From Octopus bimaculoides (lineage: Eukaryota), in assembly GCF_001194135.2 (NCBI RefSeq), contig NC_068988.1, positions 88,123,128-88,170,514 of the forward strand: DNA of 47,387 nt, written 5' to 3'. The translations under genes and the position numbers were made by a program. Under the pieces are notes generated by a model that searched no databases, was not told the origin of the DNA, and saw nothing but the letters and a program-made list of their open reading frames with translations. How positions within the stretch are numbered: position 1 is the first letter of the stretch; the number at the start of each line of letters is the position of its first letter. Below, in pieces: positions 44,882-47,387 of the stretch.

Positions 44882-47387
44882 GTGAGAGGGAGAGAGAGTG
44901 GGTGAGAGAGGGGGAGGTGAATGACGTCAATCATAACACAGGTATCCATGTTGATATATCTCAGATTTAATTCATATCAAACAGCTTCGTCTGGATTATA
45001 GTCATAGGACGATATTTAAAGAGAATGCAGAGAGGAAATCTTCCAACGATGTTTCTCTTTAGTTCGAACAACCTATAACGATTTCTTCTCTCTTTCTTCT
45101 CTCTCCTCTTTCTCCTTTCTTTCCTCTCTTCGTGGCTGTTCAATGGCCGATAAGCTTTTCACAAAGCTTTAGTCCATTTATCATCGTGGATTTCTATCGT
45201 TAACAGGCAAAACGTTCTCGTTTTGAGTTCGTCTTTTATTATTATATAGTTTGCTGTGTTGTTATGCATGAATTACTATTTATACTCAACAAGTAGACAC
45301 TCACATACACACACACACACTCACACACACACACACACACACATATATATACACACACACACAAACACACACACACATACACACACACACGCACACACAC
45401 ACATTACAAATCTGCATATGTTTTAGACATTATGGGAAACAATATTTAGACATGAGAAACAATACATAAGACGCAGATGCATACAAACATTCACACATGC
45501 ATATGAATTTACATATACATACATATTCATGTATGTATATCATATATGTATATCCATGTATATGTAAATTATATACATACATATACATATATAAATTTAT
45601 ATATATANNNNNNNNNNNNNNNNNNNNNNNNNNNNNNNNNNNNNNNNNNNNNNNNNNNNNNNNNNNNNNNNNNNNNNNNNNNNNNNNNNNNNNNNNNNNN
45701 NNNNNNNNNNNNNNNNNNNNNNNNNNNNNNNNNNNNNNNNNNNNNNNNNNNNNNNNNNNNNNNNNNNNNNNNNNNNNNNNNNNNNNNNNNNNNNNNNNNN
45801 NNNNNNNNNNNNNNNNNNNNNNNNNNNNNNNNNNNNNNNNNNNNNNNNNNNNNNNNNNNNNNNNNNNNNNNNNNNNNNNNNNNNNNNNNNNNNNNNNNNN
45901 NNNNNNNNNNNNNNNNNNNNNNNNNNNNNNNNNNNNNNNNNNNNNNNNNNNNNNNNNNNNNNNNNNNNNNNNNNNNNNNNNNNNNNNNNNNNNNNNNNNN
46001 NNNNNNNNNNNNNNNNNNNNNNNNNNNNNNNNNNNNNNNNNNNNNNNNNNNNNNNNNNNNNNNNNNNNNNNNNNNNNNNNNNNNNNNNNNNNNNNNNNNN
46101 NNNNNNNNNNNNNNNNNNNNNNNNNNNNNNNNNNNNNNNNNNNNNNNNNNNNNNNNNNNNNNNNNNNNNNNNNNNNNNNNNNNNNNNNNNNNNNNNNNNN
46201 NNNNNNNNNNNNNNNNNNNNNNNNNNNNNNNNNNNNNNNNNNNNNNNNNNNNNNNNNNNNNNNNNNNNNNNNNNNNNNNNNNNNNNNNNNNNNNNNNNNN
46301 NNNNNNNNNNNNNNNNNNNNNNNNNNNNNNNNNNNNNNNNNNNNNNNNNNNNNNNNNNNNNNNNNNNNNNNNNNNNNNNNNNNNNNNNNNNNNNNNNNNN
46401 NNNNNNNNNNNNNNNNNNNNNNNNNNNNNNNNNNNNNNNNNNNNNNNNNNNNNNNNNNNNNNNNNNNNNNNNNNNNNNNNNNNNNNNNNNNNNNNNNNNN
46501 NNNNNNNNNNNNNNNNNNNNNNNNNNNNNNNNNNNNNNNNNNNNNNNNNNNNNNNNNNNNNNNNNNNNNNNNNNNNNNNNNNNNNNNNNNNNNNNACACT
46601 TTGGTCTCTTAGATGTAAGTATATGTTTATCTAAATCTTGTACGACTCTATTCTTTCTTTCTTTTAATCTTTCTTTCTTTCTATCTGCCCCTTCTTGCTT
46701 ACTTCATTCATTCCACTCTTCGTTCTTTCGTTCCCCCTCTCTCACATTTCCTTGCCTTCTCTTCTTGCTCACTTTCCCTCCTCTTTTCACTTCACTATGT
46801 TCCTGTCATTTTTTCTCGCCCCTCCTTAATTCTTCTGTCCTTCTGCTTCTACCTCTCTCTGTTCTCTCCCCCCACATGACCGGTGTTCGGCCAAGCCTGA
46901 CCTTTCTTTCTTGGTTCGGCCGAGTCCGTGCAACGTCTATATTCCTTCCTGTGCCTGTGAAATCTTCTATCCCTGCTGTAAGGCTTTATTTCCACACATG
47001 CCAGCGCAATTAAATTCGTCCTTAGTCGATAGACACATGATGCTATGTCCTGTTATTTGTATTTGTGTAACATTCTCTGTTTTTTTCCGTCCTTGTTTTC
47101 GTATACATTCGGTGTTTTCTTCCATGGAATCTAATGCTCTTAGCTTAGTTTTTCCTTGGGGCTGGCCACATTGGAGCAATTTCGAGCGTAACCAGCCGAA
47201 ATTGCAAAGATAATCTGGAACTCGACTGAGGAAAGAAAACTCTGAATGACCCGTCGTTGTTTTCTTTGTATCGTCTGTCTGGATGTTTTGTTGTCCCTCT
47301 TTTTTTATCACCTAACTGTCTGGATGTTTTCCATTCTTATTCCCTTATACATACATACACACATACACACACACACACACACACACA

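Noticed and set aside
46967-47311. 114-aa minus-strand ORF
   Set aside because: It has no recognisable domain, and the faint CAGxCG resemblance to PLE endonuclease linkers is not supported by a GIY-YIG motif.

Overview
This is a repeat-dominated, AT-rich eukaryotic window from a draft short-read assembly. It has 20 N-gaps totalling about 8 kb, most flanked by microsatellites. The SINE families, microsatellite load and LINE types look like a cephalopod, probably Octopus; this is an inference from pattern recognition, not a database result. I found no host protein-coding gene. Most ORFs in the track are microsatellite or N-gap artefacts. Real coding remnants all come from transposons: a decayed Penelope-like RT + GIY-YIG element (minus strand, about 425-1723), an RTE-type LINE 3' end with tandem C2H2 fingers (1729-2105), a CR1/L2-type RT relic (minus strand, about 29930-31430) interrupted by a SINE with a perfect 16-bp TSD, two tandem R4/Dong-type LINE 3' ends in (AAT)n tracts (35111-36540), and mariner-derived MITEs. 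About 25 tRNA-derived SINE copies or fragments fall into about five modular families. The most interesting signals are: (i) three hammerhead-ribozyme folds, namely two copies of a minimal type I motif with a shared non-canonical A6U core and one extended type I motif with a canonical core at 34403-34472; (ii) four nuclear-receptor-like half-sites at exact 10-bp spacing (28714-28749); (iii) an (AAT)n nest of Dong LINEs and SINEs; and (iv) covarying 3' hairpins in two SINE families. Repeat coordinates were read by eye and are approximate to about 10 bp unless a TSD or stem is quoted.
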